Shown piece by piece: positions 53,901 through 64,000 of a stretch of DNA of 64,000 nucleotides (position 1 is the stretch's first letter; every line of letters begins with the position of its first letter). This stretch comes from Zootoca vivipara (Eukaryota): positions 51,584,001-51,648,000 of the forward strand of contig NC_083278.1 of assembly GCF_963506605.1 (NCBI RefSeq), given 5' to 3'. The notes below the pieces were generated by a model. It worked only from the letters and a program-made list of their open reading frames with translations, had not been told where the DNA came from and did no database searches. The translations under genes were made by a program, and so were the position numbers.

Positions 53901-56900
53901 GAACACTAAGCTGCCCATTTAAGAGTTAAGCGTAACCTTTGTAGTAAGTAACTATAACCAGGATACCCTTTTTCAATGGTATGATGTATTTATTTATGTA
54001 TGTATTTTTCAATGTCATTGGGGACCTTTTAGAGAACAAGTGACTAATAAACTTAATAAATAAATTATATATATATACTCTCTCTCTTTATGGTGTGTGT
54101 GTGTGTGTCTGTGTGTGTGTAGAAATAAGAATAGATATTACAATTTGTACTGCTTCTGAACTAGGGTAGTACAGCTTGAAAAACCTAGGCATGAGATTCC
54201 ATGATAATTAATAAGAAACAGCCAATTATCTACAGAGTCATTCTTTGTGATGAATTCTGAGAAGAGAAATTACTGTACTCACATTTCTGCTTGTAACCTC
54301 TGAACTCTGGAAGTCTCTACACACTTGTCTCTATGGTTTTCCTTTTAAAGTTTGGGAACCTCTGACAGAGTTTATAAAATGCATCCTGACCAAAGGCATT
54401 AGGCCAGGCATCCCCAAACCTGGCCCTCCAGATGTTTTGGGACTACAACTCCCATCCCTAGCTAACACTGGTCAGGGGGGATGGGAATTGTAGTCCCAAA
54501 ACATCTGGAGGGCAGAGTTTGGGGGTGCCTGCATTAGGCTCTCTGCTCAACCAACTGCTACCAAGAGACACTTAACATGAACATTAATTCTTTGTGCACA
54601 AAATAAACACATAAATGTATCACACATTTACAAAACACTCCATATATTTACAAGCTATACCGAAGTACATTGCAACTAGATCACAGATACCACACCTGTA
54701 CCGTGTTTCTCATATTATAAGTCATGTCTTATATTAATTTTTTCTTCAAAAAAACACGACATGGCTTATTTTTGAGGGATGTCTTATTTTTTAATAAAGT
54801 GCACGCGGGCGCTGTTTGCCGGGCTTGTCAAGCCCAGCAAGGAGCGCCCGCCGATCTTCGGTGACAGGCGGGGATGGGGGGAGAGCGGAGAACGATCTCC
54901 GCTTCTCCCCCACCCCCGCCTGTCACACAGCACAGGGCCGAAGATCGGCGGGCGCTGTTTGCCGGGCTTGTCAAGCCCAGCAAACAGCGCCCGCCGATCT
55001 TTGGTGACAGGCGGGGGTGGGGGGAGAGCGGAGCACGATCTCCGCTTCCCCCCCACCCCCCCTGTCACACAGGACAGGTCCGAAGATCGGCGGGCGCTGT
55101 TTGCCGGGCTTGTCAAGCCCAGCAAGGAGCGCCCGCCGATCTTTGGTGACAGGCGGGGGTGGGGGGAGAGCGGAGAACGATCTCCGCTTCCCCCCCACCC
55201 CCGCCTGTCACACAGGACAGGTCCGAAGATCGGCGGGCGCTGTTTGCCGGGCTTGTCAAGCCCAGCAAACAGCGCCCGCCGATCTTCGGTGACAGGCGGG
55301 GGTGGGCGGAGAGCGGAGAACGATCTCCGCTTCTCCCCCACCCCCGCCTGTCACACAGCACAGGGCCGAAGATCGGCGGGCGCTGTTTGCCGGGCTTGTC
55401 AAGCCCAGCAAGGAGCGCCCGCCGATCTTTGGTGACAGGTGGGGGTGGGGGGAGAGCGGAGAACGATCTCCGCTTCCCCCCCCACCCCCGCCTGTCACAC
55501 AGGACAGGTCCGAAGGTCGGCGGGCGCTGTTTGCCGGGCTTGTCAAGCCCAGCAAGGAGCGCCCGCCGATCTTTGGTGACAGGCGGGGGTGGGGGGAGAG
55601 CGGAGAACGATCTCCGCTTCCCCCCCACCCCCGCCTGTCACACAGGACAGGTCCGAAGATCGGCAGGCGCTGTTTGCCGGGCTTGTCAAGCCCAGCAAAC
55701 AGCGCCCGCCGATCTTCGGTGACAGGCGGGGGTGGGCGGAGAGCGGAGAACGATCTCCGCTTCCCCCCCACCCCCGCCTGTCACACAGCACAGGTCGGCG
55801 GGCGCTGTTTGCCGGGCTTGTCAAGCCCAGCTAGGAGCGCCCGCCGATCTTTGGTGACAGGCGGGGGTGGGGGGAGAGCGGAGAACGATCTCCGCTTCCC
55901 CCCCACCCCCGCCTGTCACACAGGACAGGTCCGAAGATCGGCGGGCGCTGTTTGCCGGGCTTGTCAAGCCCAGCAAGGAGCGCCCGCCGATCTTTGGTGA
56001 CAGGCGGGGGTGGGGGGAGAGCGGAGAACGATCTCCGCTTCCCCCCCCACCCCCGCCTGTCACACAGGACAGGTCCGAAGATCGGCGGGCGCTGTTTGCC
56101 GGGCTTGTCAAGCCCAGCAAGGAGCGCCCGCCGATCTTTGGTGACAGGCGGGGGTGGGGGGAGAGCGGAGAACGATCTCCGCTTCCCCCCCACCCCCGCC
56201 TGTCACACAGGACAGGTCCGAAGATCGGCGGGCGCTGTTTGCCGGGCTTGTCAAGCCCAGCAAGGAGCGCCCGCCGATCTTTGGTGACAGGCGGGGGTGG
56301 GGGGAGAGCGGAGAACGATCTCCGCTTCTCGCCCACCCCCGCCTGTCACACAGCACAGGGCCGAAGATCGGCGGGCGCTGTTTGCCGGGCTTGTCAAGCC
56401 CAGCTAGGAGCGCCCGCCGATCTTCGGTGACAGGCGGGGGTGGGCGGAGAGCAGAGAACGATCTCCGCTTCCCCCCCCACCCCCGCCTGTCACACAGCAC
56501 AGGTCGGCGGGTGCTGTTTGCCGGGCTTGTCAAGCCCAGCAAGGAGCGCCCGCCGATCTTTGGTGACAGGCGGGGGTGGGCGGAGAGCGGAGAACGATCT
56601 CCGCTTCTCCCCCACCCCCGCCTGTCACACAGCACAGGTCGGCGGGCGCTGTTTGCCGGGCTTGTCAAGCCCAGCAAGGAGCGCCCGCCGATCTTTGGTG
56701 ACAGGCGGGGGTGGGGGGAGAGCGGAGAACGATCTCCGCTTCTCGCCCACCCCCGCCTGTCACACAGCACAGGGCCGAAGATCGGCGGGCGCTGTTTGCC
56801 GGGCTTGTCAAGCCCAGCTAGGAGCGCCCGCCGATCTTCGGTGACAGGCGGGGGTGGGCGGAGAGCAGAGAACGATCTCCGCTTCCCCCCCCACCCCCAC

Positions 56901-59900
56901 CTGTCACACAGGACAGGTCCGAAGATCGGCGGGCGCTGTTTGCCGGGCTTGTCAAGCCCAGCAAACAGTGCCCGCCGATCTTTGGTGACAGGCGGGGGTG
57001 GGGGGAGAGCGGAGAACGATCTCCGCTTCTCCCCCACCCCCGCCTGTCACACAGCACAGGTCGGCGGGTGCTGTTTGCCGGGCTTGTCAAGCCCAGCAAG
57101 GAGCGCCCGCCGATCTTTGGTGACAGGCGGGGGTGGGCGGAGAGCGGAGAACGATCTCCGCTTCTCCCCCACCCCCGCCTGTCACACAGCACAGGTCGGC
57201 GGGCGCTGTTTGCCGGGCTTGTCAAGCCCAGCAAGGAGCGCCCGCCGATCTTTGGTGACAGGCGGGGGTGGGGGGAGAGCGGAGAACGATCTCCGCTTCT
57301 CGCCCACCCCCGCCTGTCACACAGCACAGGGCCGAAGATCGGCGGGCGCTGTTTGCCGGGCTTGTCAAGCCCAGCTAGGAGCGCCCGCCGATCTTCGGTG
57401 ACAGGCGGGGGTGGGCGGAGAGCAGAGAACGATCTCCGCTTCCCCCCCCACCCCCACCTGTCACACAGGACAGGTCCGAAGATCGGCGGGCGCTGTTTGC
57501 CGGGCTTGTCAAGCCCAGCAAACAGTGCCCGCCGATCTTTGGTGACAGGCGGGGGTGGGGGGAGAGCGGAGAACGATCTCCGCTTCCCCCCCACCCCCGC
57601 CTGTCACACAGGACAGGTCCGAAGATCGGCGGGCGCTGTTTGCCGGGCTTGTCAAGCCCAGCAAACAGCGCCCGCCGATCTTTGGTGACAGGCGGGGGTG
57701 GGGGGAGAGCGGAGAACGATCTCCGCTTCCCCCCCCCACCCCCGCCTGTCACACAGGACAGGTCCGAAGATCGGCGGGCGCTGTTTGCCGGGCTTGTCAA
57801 GCCCAGCAAGGAGCGCCCGCCGATCTTTGGTGACAGGCGGGGGTGGGGGGAGAGCGGAGAACGATCTCCGCTTCCCCCCACCCCTGCCTGTCACACAGCA
57901 CAGGTCCGAAGATCGGCGGGCGCTGTTTGCCGGGCTTGTCAAGCCCAGCAAGGAGCGCCCTCCGATCTTCGGCTCTGTCCCCCGATGCGCGACGGCTCGG
58001 GGAAGCAGGCAGGGAGCTCCTGCTGGGTCCCGCGCCTTCGCCTCTCGCTCGGTCGGGGCTACACGACATGGCTTATTTTCGGGGTATGTCTTATTTTTCA
58101 CCAACCCTTAGAAATCCTGTCATGGCTTATTTTTTGGGGATGCCTTAAAATATGAGAAACACGGTAGCTTTTGGAAATCTTCTCTTTCTTGTTTTGCTGC
58201 TGCTGCTCTTCTTTGCCTGTCTTCCTCATTCTGGAGATGCTGTGCCAATTCTAGGTCAGTCAAGTTTCTTTCTACTGTTATGCAATATTATATAAAATAA
58301 AAGTCTAATGAATATTTCGAAGCTACAGCTACATAACAATTGTGGTTATGTTATACATTACGTTTGCCACAGAAGACCTGCTATATTTGATGCTGTTGAA
58401 TACTTCTGAAAATTCCAGGTTTTTATCAATAACCTGTATGTTTTAAATTTGCAACACAATCCTATGTTCATTTACTGAGAAGCTAAGTCCCATTGTGCTT
58501 ATATTGGGCTGACCTCTAGCAAAGTGTGTACAGAATTCCAACTTCAATTACCTACATTACTAGGCAGAATGTATTATTTAATACCATTCATAGTCACCTA
58601 GGTCACAGATTTAAACCCAGCTTCTCACTTGCAGTTCAGATACAATGATACATACAAATTGGTTAAACAAATTAATATGAATGCTCTATTTAGCTGTAAA
58701 TGAACAAAATATATGTCTGTCTAACATTGCTTTTTGTTTCATTTCCTCTACACAGCATATCTGTAATGCCTTGCTCCACACACACCCTGAGCCCACAAAT
58801 GCATAGTAGCTAATGCTCTGGAGATTTTGCTCATTGCAGCCCGTCAGTCTGCTTAGCTAAGGACCCAGCATTTTTGAGAAGCAAGGACCAATAAGTTAGT
58901 TCCTTGGTAGAGCAATTTATTTTCATAAGATGAAAGGTAAATTGTATTGTTTGCTCAGGGAGAGGAAATATTGATAATTTGGGAACTGGTCAAGTTTCAG
59001 AGTCCACCAAAATGGGCTTAGTGGGTAATCCTCTCAATGAAATAAAAACACTATTGTAGAGTCGGGGCCTGGATCTGTGCCTATGGTGACTAACCAGTCC
59101 TTGGTTCCCAGTACCAAAACCATGAGAAATACCTCACTTGTGCCCAAAATAGATATTTCTTTTAAGGCAGCATTAACTCATTACATTTGATTGAAGGCCA
59201 CTGATTCGGCTTTTAAGAAGTTGCTTATGCTTGTATTCAGATTTAACTGTGCTATGTTAAAAAAACAAAAATATGTGATTTGTTTTTTAATCGACTCCTC
59301 AAATGTCTTCTTTAATTCATTTTTTATCCACCCAGGGCACAGATATATGCTATTTAGGTGCCTCTACTGATGCTATGGGAACCCAGGTGGCGCTGTGGTT
59401 AAACCACTGAGCCTAGGGCTTGCTGATCAGAAGGTCAGCGGTTCGAATCCCTGTGACAGGGTGAGCTCCTGTTGCTTGGTCCCAGCTCCTGCCAACCTAG
59501 CAGTTCAAAAGCACGTCAAAATGCAAGTAGATAAATAGGAACCGCTACAGCGGGAAGGGAAACGGCGTTTCCATGTGCTGCTCTGGTTTGCCAGAAGCGG
59601 CTTTGTCATGCTGGCCACATGACCTGGAAGCTATACGCCGGCTCCCTCGGCCAATAATGCGAGATGAGCGCGCAACCCCAGAGTCGGTCACGACTGGACC
59701 TAATGGTCAGGGGTCCCTTTACCTTTACTGATGCTATCTCTAGCATTAGAGGAAAGAGAGATACAAAACAAACTTGCTGCCAGTTCTGAAAGTGTTGTTA
59801 TTGCTACACTGCATTGTTTTCTACTTTTTTTACGATATGCTAACATGATATATGAAGTTCCAAGTCATATGATTTCATGTTACCTTGCAAGAAAAGCATA

Positions 59901-60799
59901 TATTAGTGAGGATACCAGCTTCTCCTGAATCAAACATTACAACATCTTTAGTCAATACACAAAATATGTCTTTCCTATTTTGGAATCTTCCCCTTACCTT
60001 CTAAAAAGGTGCATTCTTCCAAGTGCAAATCAACATGTTCCTGCAGAATTTGGTAATCAGTACAAACAAGGTGACACATTGGGCATTCATACAGCTCCTG
60101 GCCATTTTCTGCATTAAAGCAAAGTATTCAGAGTAAATTATGAGGTCAGTGCATATTCTTCTGTTGAAAAGAAACGCTTGCTTGCTAACCTAGAAGGCAG
60201 CTCCAAGTTTGGGGGAGTCCCTTGGTAGTGCCTGCTCATGAGTGCTAGATGGCTTGGAGCTGCCGGTGTCTTAAAATTGTAACTCTGTGAGGAATAAACT
60301 TCAATACTCAGACCTGAGGGAAGACTGTTTTTAGTGTGCTTTGAAGATATTGCGCATGGGCAAAGGAAAAACAAGAGCACAGTATATATTAATGAAGAGT
60401 TCGGAAATGGAGGGCCAAGCTCCTTTTGCCCCTCACCCCACATTCGCCCACCATGCTCTGGTGCTGCCTATGCCTGCGCTTCAGGGGAGCCGGAGAGAAA
60501 CGGCGGGTCCTGCTGCCCTATATACTATATAACCGCCTGACGTTTAAACAGACAGACCCATATTCCGACCAGAGACGGTTCCCACTAGCGGGCGACTCGC
60601 ACGTGTGAATGTGCGGTCGCAGGTGTCTCTCGACACTCCGCACGCAAATGATTCATTCTCAAGCCAGACAGCCCTGAAATGCGAAGTGACATCCCTCCAG
60701 GTCTCACTCACCGCGGGCGGGAGAAGGCGGCGGTGCGCGGGCGCCAGCGGACAGGGCCCCCTGCAGAAGCCCCTGCTGGGCTTTGCCGGAGAACTCCAT
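48724..60799 (-). CDS. ZUP1: ZUP1/ZUFSP K63-specific deubiquitinase (418 aa if the transposon is removed); the MIU exon is split by a transposon
   Basis: Exons: 60799-60712 (inferred first exon); 60108-59998 (CPMC..H...H finger); 58274-58165 plus 54698-54696 (DLELAQHLQNEE...FQKL/Q); 53755-53587 (RQYGLDGSGGYKQQ); 52093-51905 (GWGCGYRNFQML, catalytic Cys); 51499-51331; 50465-50314 (PPIYLQHQG); 49091-48874 (GHSRTIIGIEE...FDPG); 48771-48724 (TRRQASQRFVAQRIS*). All GT-AG and phase-compatible, total 1257 nt. Confidence 0.92.
49336..49409. repeat. Perfect 36-bp inverted repeat with a 2-nt spacer
   Basis: ttacaagaaaggagattccaactaaacaccagaaag-tt-reverse complement. Confidence 0.95.
49374..50070 (-). 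mobile_element. CR1 LINE 3' fragment, interrupted by a hAT-like MITE (~49434-49675)
   Basis: KANSILCCI...LYSALVRPH.EY..QFW.P...RLKGDMIASFKYLKG is typical of the CR1 RT C-terminus. Confidence 0.8.
50512..50647. mobile_element. ~135-bp hAT-type MITE
   Basis: TIRs, TSD gtttacaa. Confidence 0.9.
52342..52758 (+). mobile_element. Sauria SINE (52403-52758) preceded by an extra 3'-tail copy
   Basis: GGGACCCAGGTGGCGCTGTGG head, (ACCTTT)n tail; tail sequence repeated at 52342-52400. Confidence 0.9.
54405..54531. mobile_element. ~130-bp hAT-type MITE
   Basis: TIRs, TSD cattaggc. Confidence 0.88.
54701..58164. mobile_element. Non-autonomous Tc1/mariner (Tigger/pogo-like) element, 3464 bp, inserted in a ZUP1 exon
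   Basis: TIR CCGTGTTTCTCATATT(A/T)TAAG at both ends; TA at 54699-54700 and 58165-58166; subterminal catggcttatttt repeats; no transposase. Confidence 0.92.
54807..57972. repeat. GC-rich minisatellite, ~143-bp unit (134-bp variant), about 22 copies
   Basis: Near-identical tandem units, each made of two hairpins. Confidence 0.95.
59377..59725 (+). mobile_element. Sauria SINE
   Basis: Full length, 12-bp TSD tactgatgctat. Confidence 0.9.
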
Positions 60800-61030
60800 C
60801 TCTGCGCCCTTCCCGGCGGGAGCCACGCCCCCTTGGCATGAGACGGATATGAACACCTCGACAGGAGCCCAGCGCGTACGTCGCCCAGACGCAGACGCAC
60901 GCGCGCTCTCCCTCCACTCTCCTCTCACGTGACTCCTAGACTTACTAAAAAGAGAAACAAGCCCACACTTTCGTTTCACGGGCAGCCGCCGTGTAACCCG
61001 ACCCTTGCGCACGCGCAGTTTACGCACGCT
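60480..61030 (-). promoter_or_regulatory. ZUP1 CpG-island promoter and first exon
   Basis: CpG-rich; NRF1-like TGCGCACGCGCA at 61006-61017; E-box TCACGTGA at 60925-60932; minus-strand donor G|gtgagt at 60712/60711. Confidence 0.7.
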
Positions 61031-61205
61031 CCCCAGAAGAGGAGTGGCAGGTCTTCATCCAGGTCTATGTTGGCCTTCCCCAAGGAGGTGCCCTAGAGAT
61101 GCTTTGGGCTATTCTACCGAGCCAGTGCGGCTTCTCTACTTGCGGACTTCCCGTAGGCATCATCCGGTTGCGGAGGCAGGATGCTGGTTCCTGCAGGATT
61201 CCACG

Positions 61206-61397
61206 AAGAGGAAACTAGATATAAGCAAGAGAGCGAACTTCTGTGTAGGTTAGTTTTCCGCAACCTGGTGCCCTACTGGATATGTTTTGGACTTGAAGTT
61301 GTGCTACAGTTGCAGCCCCAAAATATCCAGGGTACCAGGTTGCGGAAAACTGACATACAGAGAAATTATCTTTCTTGCTTATATCTAGTTTCCTCTT
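61206..61397. repeat. ~190-bp imperfect inverted repeat
   Basis: 25-bp perfect outer arms aagaggaaactagatataagcaaga; inner arms agttttccgcaacctggt. Confidence 0.9.
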
Positions 61398-61507
61398 TGA
61401 AGCTCTCAAACGTATAATTAGGTGGGAGTGTCATGGAACACAAAAGGGCTTCTAAGTAGACATGGTTAGGACTGCACTGTTGGCCCTTCTATACTAGTGT
61501 ATATTTA

Positions 61508-61924
61508 CACGGCTGGATTTAGGTTTGATGAGGCCCTAAGCTACTGAAAGTAATGGGGCCCTTTGTATGTTCAGGTGTCCTTTGTCAACAACAAATTGTC
61601 GCTGTTTTTGTGTTGAATATATGCTATATGAATACAGTATATGCAATCAGTCCATGCAGAATGTAGGCACCCTATATATAGAAATGAGCAAACCAGTGAT
61701 ATTTTAGGGAGCAGACTAGCAGGCGTGACCCATCATAGGAGCCTACACAGCACAACAAAACAAAACACCGTTGCTGTATGTAGGTTTTATTTTATATGTT
61801 TTTTATCTTATATTTTGGAAACGTACATCCAGTTTTTTCCCTTTATCTTTTTTTACGGGGGGGGGGGCAAGAGAGTGGGGCCCTAAGCTATAGCTTGTTT
61901 AGTTTATAGGTAAATCCGGCACTG
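61508..61924 (+). mobile_element. hAT (Tip100-like) MITE
   Basis: Homologous to 43116-43655; right end TAAATCCGGCACTG. Confidence 0.8.
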
Positions 61925-62079
61925 CGAGCCAATTAATCGCTTCCCTGCAGTGATAGAAACCGACCGACCCCTTCCTCCACTCCTCTCAAGAGAACCCCTT
62001 TACAGTATCTTCCTCTTATCATGGGTAGCTGGGAAGGGGTTATTATGGTGGTTTCGATCACCAAACAGCCCGGTCCAGA

Positions 62080-62700
62080 GCAAAACGTCACCTAGTCAAC
62101 CCGCGTGCTGAGAGCCGCGTGTCGCTCTGCAGCCGCTGCCTAGCTCTATGGGCGTGCCTTCCGTGGGTCGCGGGAGAACCGAGAGCCCCGTTTCTCGCCA
62201 TTGGCGGCTCCGTTCCCCCTCCGCGCACTAGCGCCGGCGCGCGGGTGGTGCTGGGCGGAGGGGAGATAGAAGAGGAGGGACCGGCTTCTTCGGCGCGCCT
62301 GGAGCCGCCATCTTGGACGGCCAATCTGCCCGCTCTAGTGCTCTGCGGAGGGGAAAGCGGCGGGGGGCTACCCGCAATGGGTGCGTGAGTGTGAAGGGGC
62401 GGCGGGGCCCGGGGCGAGCTCCTTCCTGCCACAGGATTCCGGGCGGCGGGAGGAAAGGAGGGTGGCTTAAAATGCAAGGGACGCTTTGCAGCCTCCGCAT
62501 CCCTATTTCTTTTAAAGGACGCTGGCGTGCGGGGCAGTGCTTCCACCCCCTTTTTGGGCTGTTGCGTTCGGGTGGAAAACCCACGGGCAACTCATGGCTG
62601 CGATCCTGTGCGCGTAATCCACACTGACATCGGTGGGCGTCATTTCCGAGCAAATATGTGTATATATATATATAGGACATATGCACGCGCGCGCACATAT
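62080..62700 (+). promoter_or_regulatory. CpG-island promoter with YY1 motif (probably KPNA5)
   Basis: Dense CpG; GCCGCCATCTTGG at 62304-62316; GC box GGGCGG. Confidence 0.7.
62377..62380 (+). CDS. KPNA5: Probable 4-nt coding part (ATGG) of KPNA5 exon 1
   Basis: ATGG followed by gtgcgtgagt in a CpG island divergent from ZUP1. KPNA5 is the head-to-head neighbour of ZUP1 in human, and KPNA5/6 first exons end in ATGG. No further exon in the window confirms it. Confidence 0.55.
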
Positions 62701-63574
62701 CTATCCGTCTATATTAATAACTGGTTTGCAAGTGCTGGTCTTACCGTCGTTCCTTCACGCGATCTTCCCCTACACATGCTGGTCCTGGTGCTCCAGGAGG
62801 CGGGGACTCGGCCGTCTTATTTTGACGGGGATTCCCCTGACACGGGTCCCCCCCCCCAGGAATCTGCCGGTTTGATTTGGGTGATTTGTACTTGCTGGTT
62901 TCCTTTGAGGCAGACGTAGGTTTTTGCGGGAAACAACAAAAACACTCTTCACACGCTTTAGAATTCTAAGAATCCTCTTCGCCTGTCAAGCGCCGCTGCC
63001 CCCCTCCCCAACCATTTCCCTGGGGGAACGGCCGGGAGGGTCTCTGGTGACTAAGAGGCCGCAAAAGCCTTCAGGCAGCAGCGCCCAATGTGACCCCCTT
63101 TCCACGTTTGCCAAGGGGATCACCTGCCACTTTGCACTCATTCAGGGAGGAAATCTAACCCTGCACCTTCCTGCCTCTCTTCCGTGTCTTGGGAGTGGGG
63201 CATGGGACTTGTAGATCTGGCCGTGAATGACCAAGGCTGTGTTGGGTGATTTGTCCACTCAGCTGCCAAACAATTCCCAGCCTTCCTCCCATATTTGGAG
63301 CTGGCGGTGTCATGGTGCAACAGTCCAGCAATCTCCACCCACCTCTGCAGCTTCAAAATGGGAAGACAGTGCTGTTGGTCACACTTGCCAGAGGGTGGCA
63401 CCGCACTTGAGCCATGGCCAGCAGATTTATTCAAAAGCTGCCCATAATTTTTAGACAGTATGGGGATGCCAACTTTTCATCCACTTTCTGTAATTGTGTC
63501 TTGTGAACAGCAGCTTGAGGTGAGGACTTGCGCATGTGATGCACGCGCTGTGACAAGCTTCCTCTTGTTTACTG

Positions 63575-64000
63575 CAGCGTTTCTCAACCGCTGTTCCGTG
63601 GCACACTAGTGTGCCGCGAGACGCTGGCTGGTGTGCCGCGACGTGCGGCGACGAGAAGGGCGATTTGCATTGTCACGTGCCTGGCGGCCGCCAATAACCA
63701 ACGCTGGCCAGCCGGAAAGGAAGCCGGCCGGGTCACGACGCGGGGCGAGCGCAGCTCTCAACAGCCACCACCACGGGAGGGTGGTTTTAGACAAACTTAA
63801 AGAAGCTGGCTGGATGAGCTCAACCTGAAACTTGCTGAGCAAAGGATTGTGCTGGCAGAGAAATCAGCGGCTTGTGAAGCCTTATTACAGGGGATTGCAA
63901 CCAACACAGCAATTGGCAAGTGTTTCTTACAGTCATAATTATATAGTCAATATAGGGCGGCACAGAGTTAAATTTTTTAACTTTTTTAATGGTGGTGTGC
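63575..64000. mobile_element. hAT (Charlie-like) element, runs off the right edge
   Basis: CAGCGTTTCTCAACC terminus with GTGTGCCGCG subterminal repeats; CpG-rich. Confidence 0.65.

Noticed and set aside
54283-54361. AG...GT-bounded segment in a ZUP1 intron as a compensating exon
   Set aside because: In-frame stop in phase 0 and no similarity to ZUP1.
54779-58155. Many long ORFs (up to 415 aa) and a superficially CRISPR-like repeat array
   Set aside because: Products of a stop-poor GC-rich tandem repeat. No unique spacers, no cas genes, eukaryotic context.
60138-60443. Minus-strand ORF and donor at 60190 as the missing ZUP1 exon 2
   Set aside because: No zinc-finger similarity. The frame that would join the next exon has an upstream stop and no ATG.

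Overview
Vertebrate DNA, almost certainly a squamate (Sauria SINEs, BovB and abundant hAT MITEs; lacertid-like). Gene order: (1) a tandem array of at least three minus-strand cytosolic sulfotransferases of the SULT3A1/amine-sulfotransferase type. Two are complete with six coding exons and 292 aa; the third runs off the left edge. (2) A single-exon, intact DHRS1-like reductase on the + strand inside a CpG island, probably a retrogene. (3) ZUP1/ZUFSP deubiquitinase on the minus strand. (4) A divergent CpG-island promoter with the probable first exon of KPNA5. The most striking observation is a 3.46-kb TA-targeting Tc1/mariner-type element with a ~143-bp hairpin minisatellite. It sits inside a ZUP1 coding exon, 3 nt before the splice donor, while all other ZUP1 exons are intact. 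Also notable: ZUP1 appears to lack the exon encoding its first three zinc fingers. The DHRS1-like protein has a C-terminal KKxx extension, and its gene is bracketed by direct repeats and lies head-to-head with the SULT array. Two hammerhead-ribozyme-like motifs occur in Penelope-like fragments. All calls were made by eye, without searches; gene names rest on recalled protein sequences and synteny.
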